Origin: a virus
Taxonomy: Duplodnaviria > Caudoviricetes
Length of the DNA stretch: 25,079 nt
Reading direction: 5' to 3' (one strand)
Virus record (IMG/VR): IMGVR_UViG_3300044800_000101
Coordinates: 1 to 25,079 of that record
The translations under genes were made by a program, and so were the position numbers. Shown piece after piece: positions 8,167-17,535 of the stretch (positions are counted from its first letter, which is position 1; each line of letters begins with the position of its first letter). The notes beneath the pieces are model-generated. The model made no database searches, was not told the DNA's origin, and was given only the letters and a program-made list of their open reading frames with translations.

Positions 8167-8721
8167 ATGAACGAACCGCAATCCTTCTCAGCAGGCGACA
8201 CAGTAACCTGGACCGAGTCACTCGCTGACTATCTCGCAAGCGCCGGCTGGATTCTCAACTACCGACTCTCGGGACCGCAGCAGATCGATCTCATCTCCGT
8301 CGCTGACGGCGATGATCACAAGATCACGATCACGAAAGCCATATCCGCGGACTATGGCGCCGGGGTCTATCAGTGGCAATCGTATGTCGAGAAAGGAACC
8401 GAGCGCTTCACGATCGCCCGCGGCCGAATCGAGATTCTTGCGGACCTGACGCAGGTCGAGGGAACCGCTGAATATGATGCTCGATCGCATGTTCAAAAAG
8501 TATTCGACGCCATCAAAGCGACGATCGAATCCCGTGCCACAAAATCGCAGTCGGAAATTGTCATCGCCGGCCGCTCACTGAAGTATCTCGATCCTGGCGA
8601 GCTGATAACATGGTATCATCATTATGAGGCTCTCGTTAAGCAGGAACAAAATGCCGAACGGATCAACCAGGGCCTCAAAGTGTCCAACAAGATTCTCACT
8701 CGATTCGATTCCATCTCATGA
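8167..8721 (+). CDS. Head-tail adaptor/head completion protein (gpW-position, extended; 184 aa)
   Basis: Between terL and portal; EPQSFSAGDTVTW..YDARSHVQKVFDAIKATIE..IAGRSLKY; ATG 8167 preferred to GTG 8128, which lies inside the terminator. Confidence 0.75.
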   Translation: MNEPQSFSAGDTVTWTESLADYLASAGWILNYRLSGPQQIDLISVADGDDHKITITKAISADYGAGVYQWQSYVEKGTERFTIARGRIEILADLTQVEGTAEYDARSHVQKVFDAIKATIESRATKSQSEIVIAGRSLKYLDPGELITWYHHYEALVKQEQNAERINQGLKVSNKILTRFDSIS

Positions 8722-10274
8722 CCATCAAAGAACGCATCCTGTCCAATCTTGGCCTGGTCTCGAAAAAGCAATTCGATACTCTGCGCCAACAATCGGCCAT
8801 GAGAACGTATGTAGCCGCGCAAGTAAACCGCCTCACAGCGGATTGGACCAGTTATCGTCAATCGATCGATTCCGATGTTCGCATGTCTCTCGTCATCATC
8901 CGTGAGCGAGCCCGCGATCTGGTGAAGAACAACGAATTCGGCCGCGCCTACATGCGCCTCCTGAGCACGAACATCATCGGTCCCACAGGTTTTACACTTC
9001 AGATGGACGTAAAGAATCCTGACGGCACGTCCGACGAGCCGGCGAACGCTCTCATAGAAGACGCGTGGCGGGATTGGTCTGAGCGAAACAATTGCTCTGT
9101 GAGCGGCCAATACAGTTTCCGGGCTGTATGCGATCAGCTCATCAAGTATATCGGCCGCGATGGCGAAGGATTATTGCGGCCTGTATTCAACAAACAGTCG
9201 AAATATGGTTTGCAGACGCAGGTGATCGAACCGGAAGCGCTCGATGAGCAATACAGCACCCTTCTAACCAACGGCAACGTTGTGAAGATGGGTGTTGAAG
9301 TCGACGCGTGGCGAAGGCCGATCACGTATTACATCAGGAAAGTCAATCCGATCAACGAGCTCTATAGCGGCACAAGCGTGGCCCGCGATTACTACAAGAT
9401 TCCGGCGAGCGAACTCATCCATGGCTTCGACCGTGAGTATGTCAATCAAACCCGGGGCATCTCGTGGCTTGTGCAGTCGCTCTTCCGCATGAAACAATTG
9501 AGCGGATATGAAGAGGCTGTCGTCGTAAATGCGCGGGCATCAGCTGCGAAGATGATCTTCCTCACAAGGGCCGCTGACGCGCCGGGCGAAAGTTATACGG
9601 GAACAGACCAGGATGCGGCCGGCAACAAGATCACCTCTATCGAACCCGGGGGAATCGAAGAATTGCCCATAGGCATGAAGCCCGAGCCCTGGGACCCGAA
9701 GCAGCCGACAACGCAGCATGATATGTTCATGCGCACCTCGCTGAATGCTTTTGCGACAGGAGTAGGATTTGCAGCGATGTCGCTCAGCGGAGATCTCTCG
9801 GGCGCCAATTACTCATCCATGCGTGCCGGCCTGTTGCCCGAGCGAGATGCAGCGCGCTTGCTTCAGCAATGGTTCGCGGAAACGTATCTCTATCCGCTCT
9901 TCTCGATCTGGCTTGAGACGGCGATCATGAAGGGCACCATCAATCTGCCGGAGGCAAAATTCGAGAAGTTCAACAAGCCCATCTTTGTCGGCCGGACATG
10001 GGATTGGGTCGATCCGGAAAAAGATACGACTGCGAAAGTGATGGCATTGCGCTCCGGCCTGGCGAGCCCCTATGATGTCGCCGGCGAACAGGGCAAGAAA
10101 CTCGAGCAGATCTACAAGGATATCGCGGATGCAAACGCACTGGCAAAGAAGTTTGGAATTGTGATCGACTGGAGCATTGGCAAGACCGCTGCGCCAGTGC
10201 CGGCGGAGCCGGGCGCCGAGGCGATCCTGAACAAGGCTCGCGAGCTGGTCAAATCAAACAATGGCAGTCACTGA
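8718..10274 (+). CDS. Portal protein, lambda family
   Basis: IRERARDLVKNN, NIIGPTG, MGVEVDAWRRPITY, QTRGISW, LSGDLSGANYSSMRAG, WDWVDPEKD. Confidence 0.95.
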   Translation: MTIKERILSNLGLVSKKQFDTLRQQSAMRTYVAAQVNRLTADWTSYRQSIDSDVRMSLVIIRERARDLVKNNEFGRAYMRLLSTNIIGPTGFTLQMDVKNPDGTSDEPANALIEDAWRDWSERNNCSVSGQYSFRAVCDQLIKYIGRDGEGLLRPVFNKQSKYGLQTQVIEPEALDEQYSTLLTNGNVVKMGVEVDAWRRPITYYIRKVNPINELYSGTSVARDYYKIPASELIHGFDREYVNQTRGISWLVQSLFRMKQLSGYEEAVVVNARASAAKMIFLTRAADAPGESYTGTDQDAAGNKITSIEPGGIEELPIGMKPEPWDPKQPTTQHDMFMRTSLNAFATGVGFAAMSLSGDLSGANYSSMRAGLLPERDAARLLQQWFAETYLYPLFSIWLETAIMKGTINLPEAKFEKFNKPIFVGRTWDWVDPEKDTTAKVMALRSGLASPYDVAGEQGKKLEQIYKDIADANALAKKFGIVIDWSIGKTAAPVPAEPGAEAILNKARELVKSNNGSH

Positions 10275-12333
10275 AGCGAAAGGCATGTCCATGGACAAGC
10301 AATCGTTCCCCGACAAGATCTTGAATCAACGGCACTTTCGGATGTCAACGCTCAACCGTGAGTCAGTTGATATCGAAAAACGGACCGTTGCTTTGTCGTT
10401 CGCCTCTGAAACTCCCGTCGAACGATGGTGGGGATTTGAGATCCTGGACCACAGCCCCGAGATGGTTAATCTCACCCGCTGGCAGAACAAGCCGCCCTTC
10501 ATGGAAAACCATTATACCAGGCGTGGCGTGATCGAGAATGGTGCGATCGTCGATCGCCAACTCGTCGGTACAGCACGGCTCTCCCGCAATCCCGGCGCCG
10601 AGGAGCTCCTGCGAGATATCGCCGATGGCATCGCCGTCCACACATCGAACGGCTATATAATCCATGAAGCCCGGGAGATGAAGCCGGAGGAAATGAGCCC
10701 CGAGCTGAAAACCAAATGCCTCGAGGAAGGTTTGAAGGCTTATCGATGCAGCTGGGAGCCGATCGAGGGGTCCAGCGTCGATATCCCCGCCGATATCACG
10801 GTCGGCCTGGACAAACGCGGCCTCGATTTCTACGACCTCGATGATATCTCCGATGTGACAAAGATTGTTCAAGCGATTCGAAGTTTCATTCCACCCTCAA
10901 ACCCCGCAGACAGTTCACTTGGCGCGGGAACTGAGGCCATTCCACAACCTTCCATCAGAATAAAGGAGGCAACAATGGAAGAACTTACAAAAACACTTCT
11001 CGCGCCGCCCACGGCAGAAGAGCTGCTCAAGATCGAGAATGCGAGGGTTGCAGAGATCACGGCGATCGGGACCCGCTTTGCGGACCGCATCACCGGCGGC
11101 AAGGCGAAGATGGACCAGCTCACGAAAGACGCCATCGAGCTGAAGCGCTCTCTGGAGCAGTTCCGGGGAGATGTCTATCTCCGCGTCAATGATTCAAAAC
11201 CGTTGGAGACTCCGCAGTCGTTTCTCGGACTCTCTGACAAGGAAGTCAAGCGGTATCGGATGCGCAATGTCGTCCTCGCGCAGATGAAACGGATTGAGCC
11301 GAACCTGACGGATGTCCATGGCAACAAGGTGGATACCGGATTCGAGGAGGAATGCTCCGCAGCGCTCGACAAGACGGTCGGACCGGCATTCCGCGGCGGC
11401 CTTCATGTCCCGTATGACATCCAGGCCCGGGAAATGGCTGTCAGCCCACGGCAGATCGAGGAGCTCGATCGGGTGCTCCGCCAGTTCGGAATCGCCCGGC
11501 GAGATCTCACTGTCGGTGCCCAGCATGCAGCTGGCGATTTGGTCGGGACAACGCTCATGGGCGGATCGTTCATCGAGCTGCTTCGCAACAAGATGCTGGC
11601 GTTCCAGCTCGGCGTCAAGCGGATGACGGGTCTCGTTGGAAACATCGCAATCCCGAAGCAGACCACGGCCGGCACGTTCTACTATGTCGCCGAGAACACA
11701 GCTCCTGCCGGAGAGTCTGCAATTGTCACCTCACAGGTGACAATGACCCCGAGGACGGGTGGGATGTATATGGATTACAGCCGTCAGCTGCTGCTCCAAT
11801 CGACGCCCAGCATCGACATGCTCGTTCAGGATGACATCGCGCAGGAATGCGCCCTGGGAATCGACAAGGCCGTGTTCCATGGATCCGGTGCTCCTCAGCC
11901 GACGGGCATCGTTGGCGTCAATGGCGTCGGCTCGGTTTCCGGTGCAGGCTTTGGCTGGGAGCAAGCGGTCGAGTTCGAAACCGACGTTGCGTCAGCCAAC
12001 GCGGACGTCGCAACGATGAGCTACGTGATGGGCGCTGCAGCCCGCGGAATTCTGAAAGGCCGTCTGAAGGCTCTCAACACTGCCGAGTTCCTGATTGACA
12101 GGGATCAGCGGATGAACGGCTATCCGGTCAACGTCACGAACCAGATCGACGCCGGTTACATTTTCTTCGGCGACTGGGCTCAGGCAATCGTCGGAGAATG
12201 GGGATCGCTCGACATCCTGGTCGATCCTTATACTGGCGGATCTGCTGGCACAATCCGTGTCCGGGGCTTCGTCTCCTTTGACGTCGCAGTCCGTCATGCC
12301 GGTGCGTTCAGTATCTGCTCAGATCTGAGCTAA
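10261..12333 (+). CDS. Fused HK97-type prohead protease and major capsid protein
   Basis: N-terminal RTVALSFASETPVERWWGFEILDH..MENH..TSNGY..PIEGSSVDIPAD; C-terminal SFIELLRNK, YSRQLLLQST, FFGDW, DILVDPYT, DVAVRHAGAF. Start may be 10285 or 10291. Confidence 0.93.
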   Translation: MAVTEAKGMSMDKQSFPDKILNQRHFRMSTLNRESVDIEKRTVALSFASETPVERWWGFEILDHSPEMVNLTRWQNKPPFMENHYTRRGVIENGAIVDRQLVGTARLSRNPGAEELLRDIADGIAVHTSNGYIIHEAREMKPEEMSPELKTKCLEEGLKAYRCSWEPIEGSSVDIPADITVGLDKRGLDFYDLDDISDVTKIVQAIRSFIPPSNPADSSLGAGTEAIPQPSIRIKEATMEELTKTLLAPPTAEELLKIENARVAEITAIGTRFADRITGGKAKMDQLTKDAIELKRSLEQFRGDVYLRVNDSKPLETPQSFLGLSDKEVKRYRMRNVVLAQMKRIEPNLTDVHGNKVDTGFEEECSAALDKTVGPAFRGGLHVPYDIQAREMAVSPRQIEELDRVLRQFGIARRDLTVGAQHAAGDLVGTTLMGGSFIELLRNKMLAFQLGVKRMTGLVGNIAIPKQTTAGTFYYVAENTAPAGESAIVTSQVTMTPRTGGMYMDYSRQLLLQSTPSIDMLVQDDIAQECALGIDKAVFHGSGAPQPTGIVGVNGVGSVSGAGFGWEQAVEFETDVASANADVATMSYVMGAAARGILKGRLKALNTAEFLIDRDQRMNGYPVNVTNQIDAGYIFFGDWAQAIVGEWGSLDILVDPYTGGSAGTIRVRGFVSFDVAVRHAGAFSICSDLS

Positions 12334-12370
12334 TCAGCTGAGTTGCTTCTGCCCTTGATGACAAATAAAA

Positions 12371-12395
12371 GCGGGGCCATTGTTGCTGGCCCCGC
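12371..12395. other. GC-rich hairpin after the capsid gene
   Basis: GCGGGGCCA-TTGTTGC-TGGCCCCGC; A-run on the 5' side (U-tract only on the minus strand). Confidence 0.75.
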
Positions 12396-12426
12396 ATATC
12401 AATCCCCCAATAGAAGGAGTTCTGCC

Positions 12427-12621
12427 ATGGCAGAGAAGATCATCAAAGCCAAAATCATCTACAAGTGCCGGTTCAACGGCCAGCATAAGGTCCCGGGCGA
12501 TATCATTGAAGGTCCGGAGACCGAGATTAAATATCTGTGCCAGATCAAGCGGGCAACGGAGGATCTGAAGTGGGAACCCCCTGTGAAGAAGGAAGAGAAG
12601 AAGAAGGAAGAGAAGAGGTAA
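12427..12621 (+). CDS. small post-capsid protein (64 aa, Lys/Glu-rich tail)
   Basis: AAGGAG SD before ATG 12427; FNGQHKVPGDIIE motif typical of small genes that follow major capsid genes. Confidence 0.75.
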   Translation: MAEKIIKAKIIYKCRFNGQHKVPGDIIEGPETEIKYLCQIKRATEDLKWEPPVKKEEKKKEEKR

Positions 12622-12649
12622 GATCAGCAGCATTCGTTTTGTAGTCCAG

Positions 12650-12673
12650 GCTCCGGCCACGATTGGCCGGAGC
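12650..12673. other. GC-rich hairpin
   Basis: GCTCCGGCCA-CGAT-TGGCCGGAGC, perfect 10-bp stem, no U-tract. Confidence 0.75.
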
Positions 12674-12698
12674 ATCACCATCCAAAGTGGAGGAATCA

Positions 12699-13202
12699 AT
12701 GAAAACAACTGGCATTCTTTTGATCGCCGTCCTGGCGCTGGTGGTGCTCCTGCCGTCGGGCCTGACAGCACAGCAATCAGCGACGCCAACGCTCGCCAAC
12801 ACGCTTTACTATTATCGCCTTGCAAACGCCAGGCAATATGCAGCTTCCCAGGTGGACACGCTGCCGCATCCACTTGCCGCAGGGACAATCGTCACGTTCC
12901 GCGGGGCGCCATCGATGGCTGCAATCAGAATCGCTGCAGCGGATTCGTGCACGGTGGGAATTGTAGTAAAAAGACGGGTGATCGGTGCAACGGCATGGAC
13001 AACAGTTTTGACGGACAGCTTGGCTTCGGCCGCAACGATCATACCTGCGAAGGAATTCGTCCTGCGCAACCATGCAACCGATAACATCATTGACCTAGGC
13101 GTCGAATACTTCGTAATCGCATCGTTCAGATCATGGTGCAATGGCGATGGAGGCAAGCCGTCGACGAAGAAATACACACTCGACTTTCTCTGGAAACCTT
13201 GA
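12699..13202 (+). CDS. Signal-peptide-bearing beta-rich protein (167 aa), possible decoration protein
   Basis: GGAGG SD; MKTTGILLIAVLALVVLLPSGLTA|QQ Sec-type leader; located between capsid and neck genes. Confidence 0.75.
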   Translation: MKTTGILLIAVLALVVLLPSGLTAQQSATPTLANTLYYYRLANARQYAASQVDTLPHPLAAGTIVTFRGAPSMAAIRIAAADSCTVGIVVKRRVIGATAWTTVLTDSLASAATIIPAKEFVLRNHATDNIIDLGVEYFVIASFRSWCNGDGGKPSTKKYTLDFLWKP

Positions 13203-13211
13203 GAGGTCCGC

Positions 13212-13517
13212 ATGTCCGAACTCCCCATCCAGCCGGTTGACGAGTTTTTCAATGAGGATCTCTGTGTCGAGGCGCTTTTCACGCCCGAGGCCGGAGATCC
13301 TCGGGTCATTCTGGTCATCTTCGATCGCCAGTCCTCCGATATCACCCTTGCCGGCATCGGTGTGGAGAGTGCAAAGCCCCAGGCAACCTGCAGGGATATC
13401 GACATTCCGGATGTGACGCACGGCTGCACGCTCACGATCGGGGGAGAAGATTGGTCGATCATGGACACCCAGCCGGATGGAACGGGCATCACGGTTCTCA
13501 TACTCACACAGGCATAA
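13212..13517 (+). CDS. Head-tail joining protein (lambda gpFII-like)
   Basis: 101 aa; VIFDR..TLTIGGEDWSIMDTQPDGTGITVLIL pattern; synteny; GAGG SD. Confidence 0.8.
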   Translation: MSELPIQPVDEFFNEDLCVEALFTPEAGDPRVILVIFDRQSSDITLAGIGVESAKPQATCRDIDIPDVTHGCTLTIGGEDWSIMDTQPDGTGITVLILTQA

Positions 13518-13520
13518 CAG

Positions 13521-13976
13521 ATGTCGCTTCCGCCACTCAAACGGACCCTGATTCGCGACCAGCTTGAGACCGTCCTGAAGACGATCGCTGCCGGAGTATC
13601 GTTCCATACGAGCCTCGGAAGCAGCGTGCATGTCTGGCGGCCGGTATCAGACAAGTTCGAGGACAATGAGATCCCCGGCTGCAACCTGATGGACCTGAAG
13701 GGAAACGTGCTGAACGAGCAATCCGGAGGGAGCACCAATCGCTGGGTAAAGCAGGCGGCGTTTCAGCTCTCCATCGTGTGTCGTGACATTCAGACGTATG
13801 ACAAATGTGTGGCAGATGTTTATGCAGCGATCGAAGCGGATGCGACACTGGGCGGACTGGCGATCGATGTGACAAGCGAGGGAGATGAGATCGATGTGGA
13901 TGAGGAAGAGCAGACCGTGATCGGTGGCAAAGTATCGCTCATAGTAATGTATGACACGAACCGGATGGAGATCTGA
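13521..13976 (+). CDS. Tail terminator-like protein (gpU position)
   Basis: 151 aa, acidic; RTLIRDQLETVL..VYAAIEADATLGGLA; synteny. Confidence 0.7.
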   Translation: MSLPPLKRTLIRDQLETVLKTIAAGVSFHTSLGSSVHVWRPVSDKFEDNEIPGCNLMDLKGNVLNEQSGGSTNRWVKQAAFQLSIVCRDIQTYDKCVADVYAAIEADATLGGLAIDVTSEGDEIDVDEEEQTVIGGKVSLIVMYDTNRMEI

Positions 13977-13978
13977 GC

Positions 13979-15856
13979 ATGAAAACTCTCATACGTATCG
14001 CAGCTGCTCTGGTCCTGCTCGCCCTCGTGGCGGGCGGTTCGCTATATGCCCAGCCGGTCCCGCTCTGGTACACCCAGGGCGACACTCTCAAGGCGACGAT
14101 CACGAAGCAGTGGCTGACATTCGGCAAGGTTGCAATGAACCGGGATGGAAGGATCTATTCGAACGGCATGCTTATCGCATTCGGATCCTCTCAAACATAC
14201 ACATCTCAATTCCGATTCACCAATACCAGCAGTTACTTCGCCGGCGATACCGCTTACTTTAATCACTATCTCGGCAACGGTGTCGGTCTGATGTCTCTCA
14301 ACGCCTCGAATATAACCTCTGGCACAGTCGGGTCTGCCTACATTAATGGTAATTATTCGAGCCAGACACGATGGCTGAATGTTGCCAATGACTATTTCGG
14401 GGATACGGTGAATGTCAATTATTTGATCGGCAATGGAGCCGGCATCACTAGCATCCTGCATCCATCGGATACGGCTTCCCTGCTTCTTGGCAAAATTCGC
14501 GCATCCGAAATATACATCGCCAACGGCCAAGCAACGGCATCGCTTGGCGGACTCGTCCCGGCTCTTCCATCTGGTCAGCATGGTTGGTTGAAATACAACG
14601 CCAATGCTCCGGAGAGCGGGACCCTAAGAACAGCTGGAGCGGCAGACACACTTGACTGGCAGGCGAACATGCTCCCGCCCGTTCCGTTGGATATGAGTGC
14701 GGTGGACGTGACAAGGCAGGCAAGTGCGGTCTTTGATGGTATTGGGGCTACAAGGGCGGTTGTCTCGCTCCGATTCGATGACGGCACAAAACTAGATAGC
14801 AGTTTCACATTCCGGCAACTGGTCTCGAGAAAATTGGTTGGTGGCTTTGCCATCATAGCGAATAGTATTGGGACAGCAGGGAACTTGACTTATGCTGACC
14901 TTCAAAACATGCAACTGAGTGGTATGGAGATTATGGATCATAGCTACTCACATGCTACTGCCAGTAGCTACAATCTTGCAGATTTTTTAAAAGAGGTAAA
15001 GGATTCAAAGGACAGCCTTGAAGCTCACTCATTGTTTGTTCAGCATTTTGTTGCTCCTGGGAGCTGGTCTGGCGAGTTGTTGCTCAACACTGAAGCAAAA
15101 GCAAGAAACAAATATGCCACAATGATCAAATCAATATATTCAACATCATCAGCATACCTTGCCACTAATGAGTATACAGGATTGCCAGCCGCAAGAAAGC
15201 ATTTTGTTGGTCATCGTCCAGGGTATTCATTCACTGTTGCACAAAATCTCACAGAGGTTGATAATGCAATAAATGGGGGATATGCTGTTGACCTTCTTTT
15301 CCACTCGGCTGATTTCGGAATAGGTGGCAACATAGACACGACGAATTTCAAGAAGTTTTTGGATTCCCTAAAAGTGAGAGTTGATAGTGGTTTAGTCAAA
15401 GTCCTGACTCCGACAGGATCACTCTATGCAAAATACGGAACTGCATCAACCAATTACCTCTATGACGGAAATTTTGAACTTTCTCAGACTGGAAGCTGGA
15501 AGGGTTGGCAAGCCGTTGGTGTTCCGAAAGACACCGCAGCGGGGATCACCGGGAATTGTGCGGAGACGGGTCCATCAAATTATTTGCTGGCCTATTTTCC
15601 GGGAAATTCATTTCGGACTGTCCGTTTTGTTGGCTATGCTAAACGTGCCTATGGGATATCCAACGCAGAGGTGCATGTCGGGTCTACGTCAGAACTGTTT
15701 CTGAATTATACCACACTTAATGCATCCACATGGACAAAAATTGAGTTTACATTCACGATCCCCCCATTAACGACAACATCTACTTTCTACATAAGTCTCC
15801 GTCCGAGTTCTACTGGATGGGTATTGTGGGATAACCTGAGTCTCACAAAAGAATAA
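13979..15856 (+). CDS. Signal peptide + fibre-like repeats + CE4/NodB polysaccharide deacetylase + CBM4/9-like domain
   Basis: Leader ..GGSLYA|QP; repeats YLGNGVGLMSL and LIGNGAGITSI; CE4 motifs LRFDDG, EIMDHSYSH, FVAPG, LLFH; C-terminal YDGNFE..WTKIEFTFT..LWDNLSL. Confidence 0.8.
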   Translation: MKTLIRIAAALVLLALVAGGSLYAQPVPLWYTQGDTLKATITKQWLTFGKVAMNRDGRIYSNGMLIAFGSSQTYTSQFRFTNTSSYFAGDTAYFNHYLGNGVGLMSLNASNITSGTVGSAYINGNYSSQTRWLNVANDYFGDTVNVNYLIGNGAGITSILHPSDTASLLLGKIRASEIYIANGQATASLGGLVPALPSGQHGWLKYNANAPESGTLRTAGAADTLDWQANMLPPVPLDMSAVDVTRQASAVFDGIGATRAVVSLRFDDGTKLDSSFTFRQLVSRKLVGGFAIIANSIGTAGNLTYADLQNMQLSGMEIMDHSYSHATASSYNLADFLKEVKDSKDSLEAHSLFVQHFVAPGSWSGELLLNTEAKARNKYATMIKSIYSTSSAYLATNEYTGLPAARKHFVGHRPGYSFTVAQNLTEVDNAINGGYAVDLLFHSADFGIGGNIDTTNFKKFLDSLKVRVDSGLVKVLTPTGSLYAKYGTASTNYLYDGNFELSQTGSWKGWQAVGVPKDTAAGITGNCAETGPSNYLLAYFPGNSFRTVRFVGYAKRAYGISNAEVHVGSTSELFLNYTTLNASTWTKIEFTFTIPPLTTTSTFYISLRPSSTGWVLWDNLSLTKE

Positions 15857-15938
15857 AACCAAACTGTCGGCTAGGATATCGTTAGAAAGTATAGATAGAG
15901 ATTCCACCAATCCCCCACACATTTTCAAAGGAGTCACC

Positions 15939-16406
15939 ATGCAACGTTTCCCCCTTCTTCTCATCGCCGCCCTTTTGATGGCCACAATGATGCTCACAGC
16001 ACAAACTCAACCGGTCCCGATCGTCCCGGACCTGCATCAGCTGGACCAGGCTGTGAAGGCATCGAAGAAGCATCCAGAGCTACAAGCACTGAAAGCCAAA
16101 TGTGATTCACTCCAGCAACTCCTGGAATCCGTTCATTTCGGCAAGACTGCACTGAAGGCCGACGCTCAGAACAAGGCAATTTTCCATGACACAACCGGCG
16201 GCCGCTACGAGCGGAAGGTCCTGATGATCGGTCCGGATGGCAACTATGTGAGCGATGACAATCAATTACTGCTCCGGATCCCCTTCGGTTTGCTCACGGA
16301 GAATCGGCTCTCATTGATCAAGCAATTCGTGCAGATGTGGAGTTCACTCGATCAGACATTAAGCGATCAAATCAAGCTCCTCCAACTACAGCGTGAGGTG
16401 AAATAA
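15939..16406 (+). CDS. Signal-peptide-bearing coiled-coil protein (155 aa)
   Basis: AAGGAG SD; MQRFPLLLIAALLMATMMLTA|QTQ; heptad-rich segments. Confidence 0.75.
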   Translation: MQRFPLLLIAALLMATMMLTAQTQPVPIVPDLHQLDQAVKASKKHPELQALKAKCDSLQQLLESVHFGKTALKADAQNKAIFHDTTGGRYERKVLMIGPDGNYVSDDNQLLLRIPFGLLTENRLSLIKQFVQMWSSLDQTLSDQIKLLQLQREVK

Positions 16407-16410
16407 ACCA

Positions 16411-16554
16411 ATGGAAGACACTACTCCAAATCGGGTCACTCAGACCGTTCGGGATCCCGGCACCGGCAATCTCGTCGAGACTCCTGAAAAGTTTGAAGAG
16501 CCCAAACCACTTGAACAGCCGAAGGCTGAGGAGGCGATAAATGCTAACCCGTAA
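16411..16554 (+). CDS. small pre-tail-tube protein (47 aa; not in the ORF track)
   Basis: Hand translation MEDTTPNRVTQTVRDPGTGNLVETPEKFEEPKPLEQPKAEEAINANP; GAGGTG SD; overlaps the tube start. Confidence 0.6.
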   Translation: MEDTTPNRVTQTVRDPGTGNLVETPEKFEEPKPLEQPKAEEAINANP

Positions 16555-17482
16555 AGAAGTCTTCGGAGCAAAAACAGAAGCCGCCCAGAATACGCCTGAA
16601 ACGCTCGCCGCAACCGACTTTATCAACGCCTGGGATATCGAGTTCAATCCGGATGCGGAGCTCCTCGAGAAGCTGTGGCATTCTAGTTCTCTCGATGCAT
16701 TCCCGTCCGGCCGTGGCAAACTGCACTATGAGCCGAAGGTGAAGACGGATATCAAACCCTCCGGAGTGGTCGCCACGCCCCCCGTCATAAGTCCTCTACT
16801 CCAGGCATGCGGGTTGACGGAAACGATCGTCGGCGCCACAAGTGTCACCTATGCACGGACATCGGCTCCGGCATCTGCAAGTTACCTGGGACCCGGCAAA
16901 TCTGCGACGCTGAAGGCCTATCAAGACGGGATCCTCCACGTCGTTGCCGGTGCGATCGGAAGCAGCAAGCTGATCTTCGAGCCTGGGAAGACTGCAGTTG
17001 CCGAATGGGATCTGAAGGGGCTCTGGGCAGCCGTCACAGACGCAGCGATCCCGGCAAACACGCCGGATACAGTTGCACCTCCGAAGGTGCAATCGATGGC
17101 CGTCTCAGTTCACACCTTTACGCCGATCGTACACAAGCTCGAGATCGACCTGGGCAATGAGGTGGTCGAGATTCCGGACGTGAACAGCATCGCCGGCATC
17201 AAAGGCTACAAGATCACCGGCTGGAAATCGAAGGTGAACTTCACTGTCGATGCAACGCTTGTCGCAACGCATGACTGGTTTGGCAAGCTGGCCGCCGGCA
17301 CAACCGGGGCGCTCACATTCGCAATCAACAATGGCGCTGGCAAGATCATGACCGTGACGCTCGCAGTCGTCGAGTATCAGAAGGTGACAGCGGTGGATGT
17401 AAACGGCATGAGGGCGTTCCAGGTTGAAGCTGCCATTGTGCGCAACACAGGAGACGATTCGTTGGTAATGGCATTCACCTAA
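16541..17482 (+). CDS. Tail tube (major tail) protein
   Basis: 313 aa; GAGGAGG SD; SPLLQACGLTET..SVTY, LEIDLGNEV; directly upstream of the chaperone and tape measure genes. Confidence 0.8.
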   Translation: MLTRKEVFGAKTEAAQNTPETLAATDFINAWDIEFNPDAELLEKLWHSSSLDAFPSGRGKLHYEPKVKTDIKPSGVVATPPVISPLLQACGLTETIVGATSVTYARTSAPASASYLGPGKSATLKAYQDGILHVVAGAIGSSKLIFEPGKTAVAEWDLKGLWAAVTDAAIPANTPDTVAPPKVQSMAVSVHTFTPIVHKLEIDLGNEVVEIPDVNSIAGIKGYKITGWKSKVNFTVDATLVATHDWFGKLAAGTTGALTFAINNGAGKIMTVTLAVVEYQKVTAVDVNGMRAFQVEAAIVRNTGDDSLVMAFT

Positions 17483-17535
17483 GATGTAGAAGTCTCAATT
17501 CACAGCTCTCCAATCATTATTGAAGGGATTCCCCC

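Noticed and set aside
12812-13738. 308-aa minus-strand ORF
   Set aside because: Overlaps three syntenic + strand genes; no motifs or SD.
13521-17482. Contractile tail, tailocin or gene transfer agent
   Set aside because: No sheath or baseplate wedge genes; lambda-type GpA, portal and accessory genes indicate a phage.
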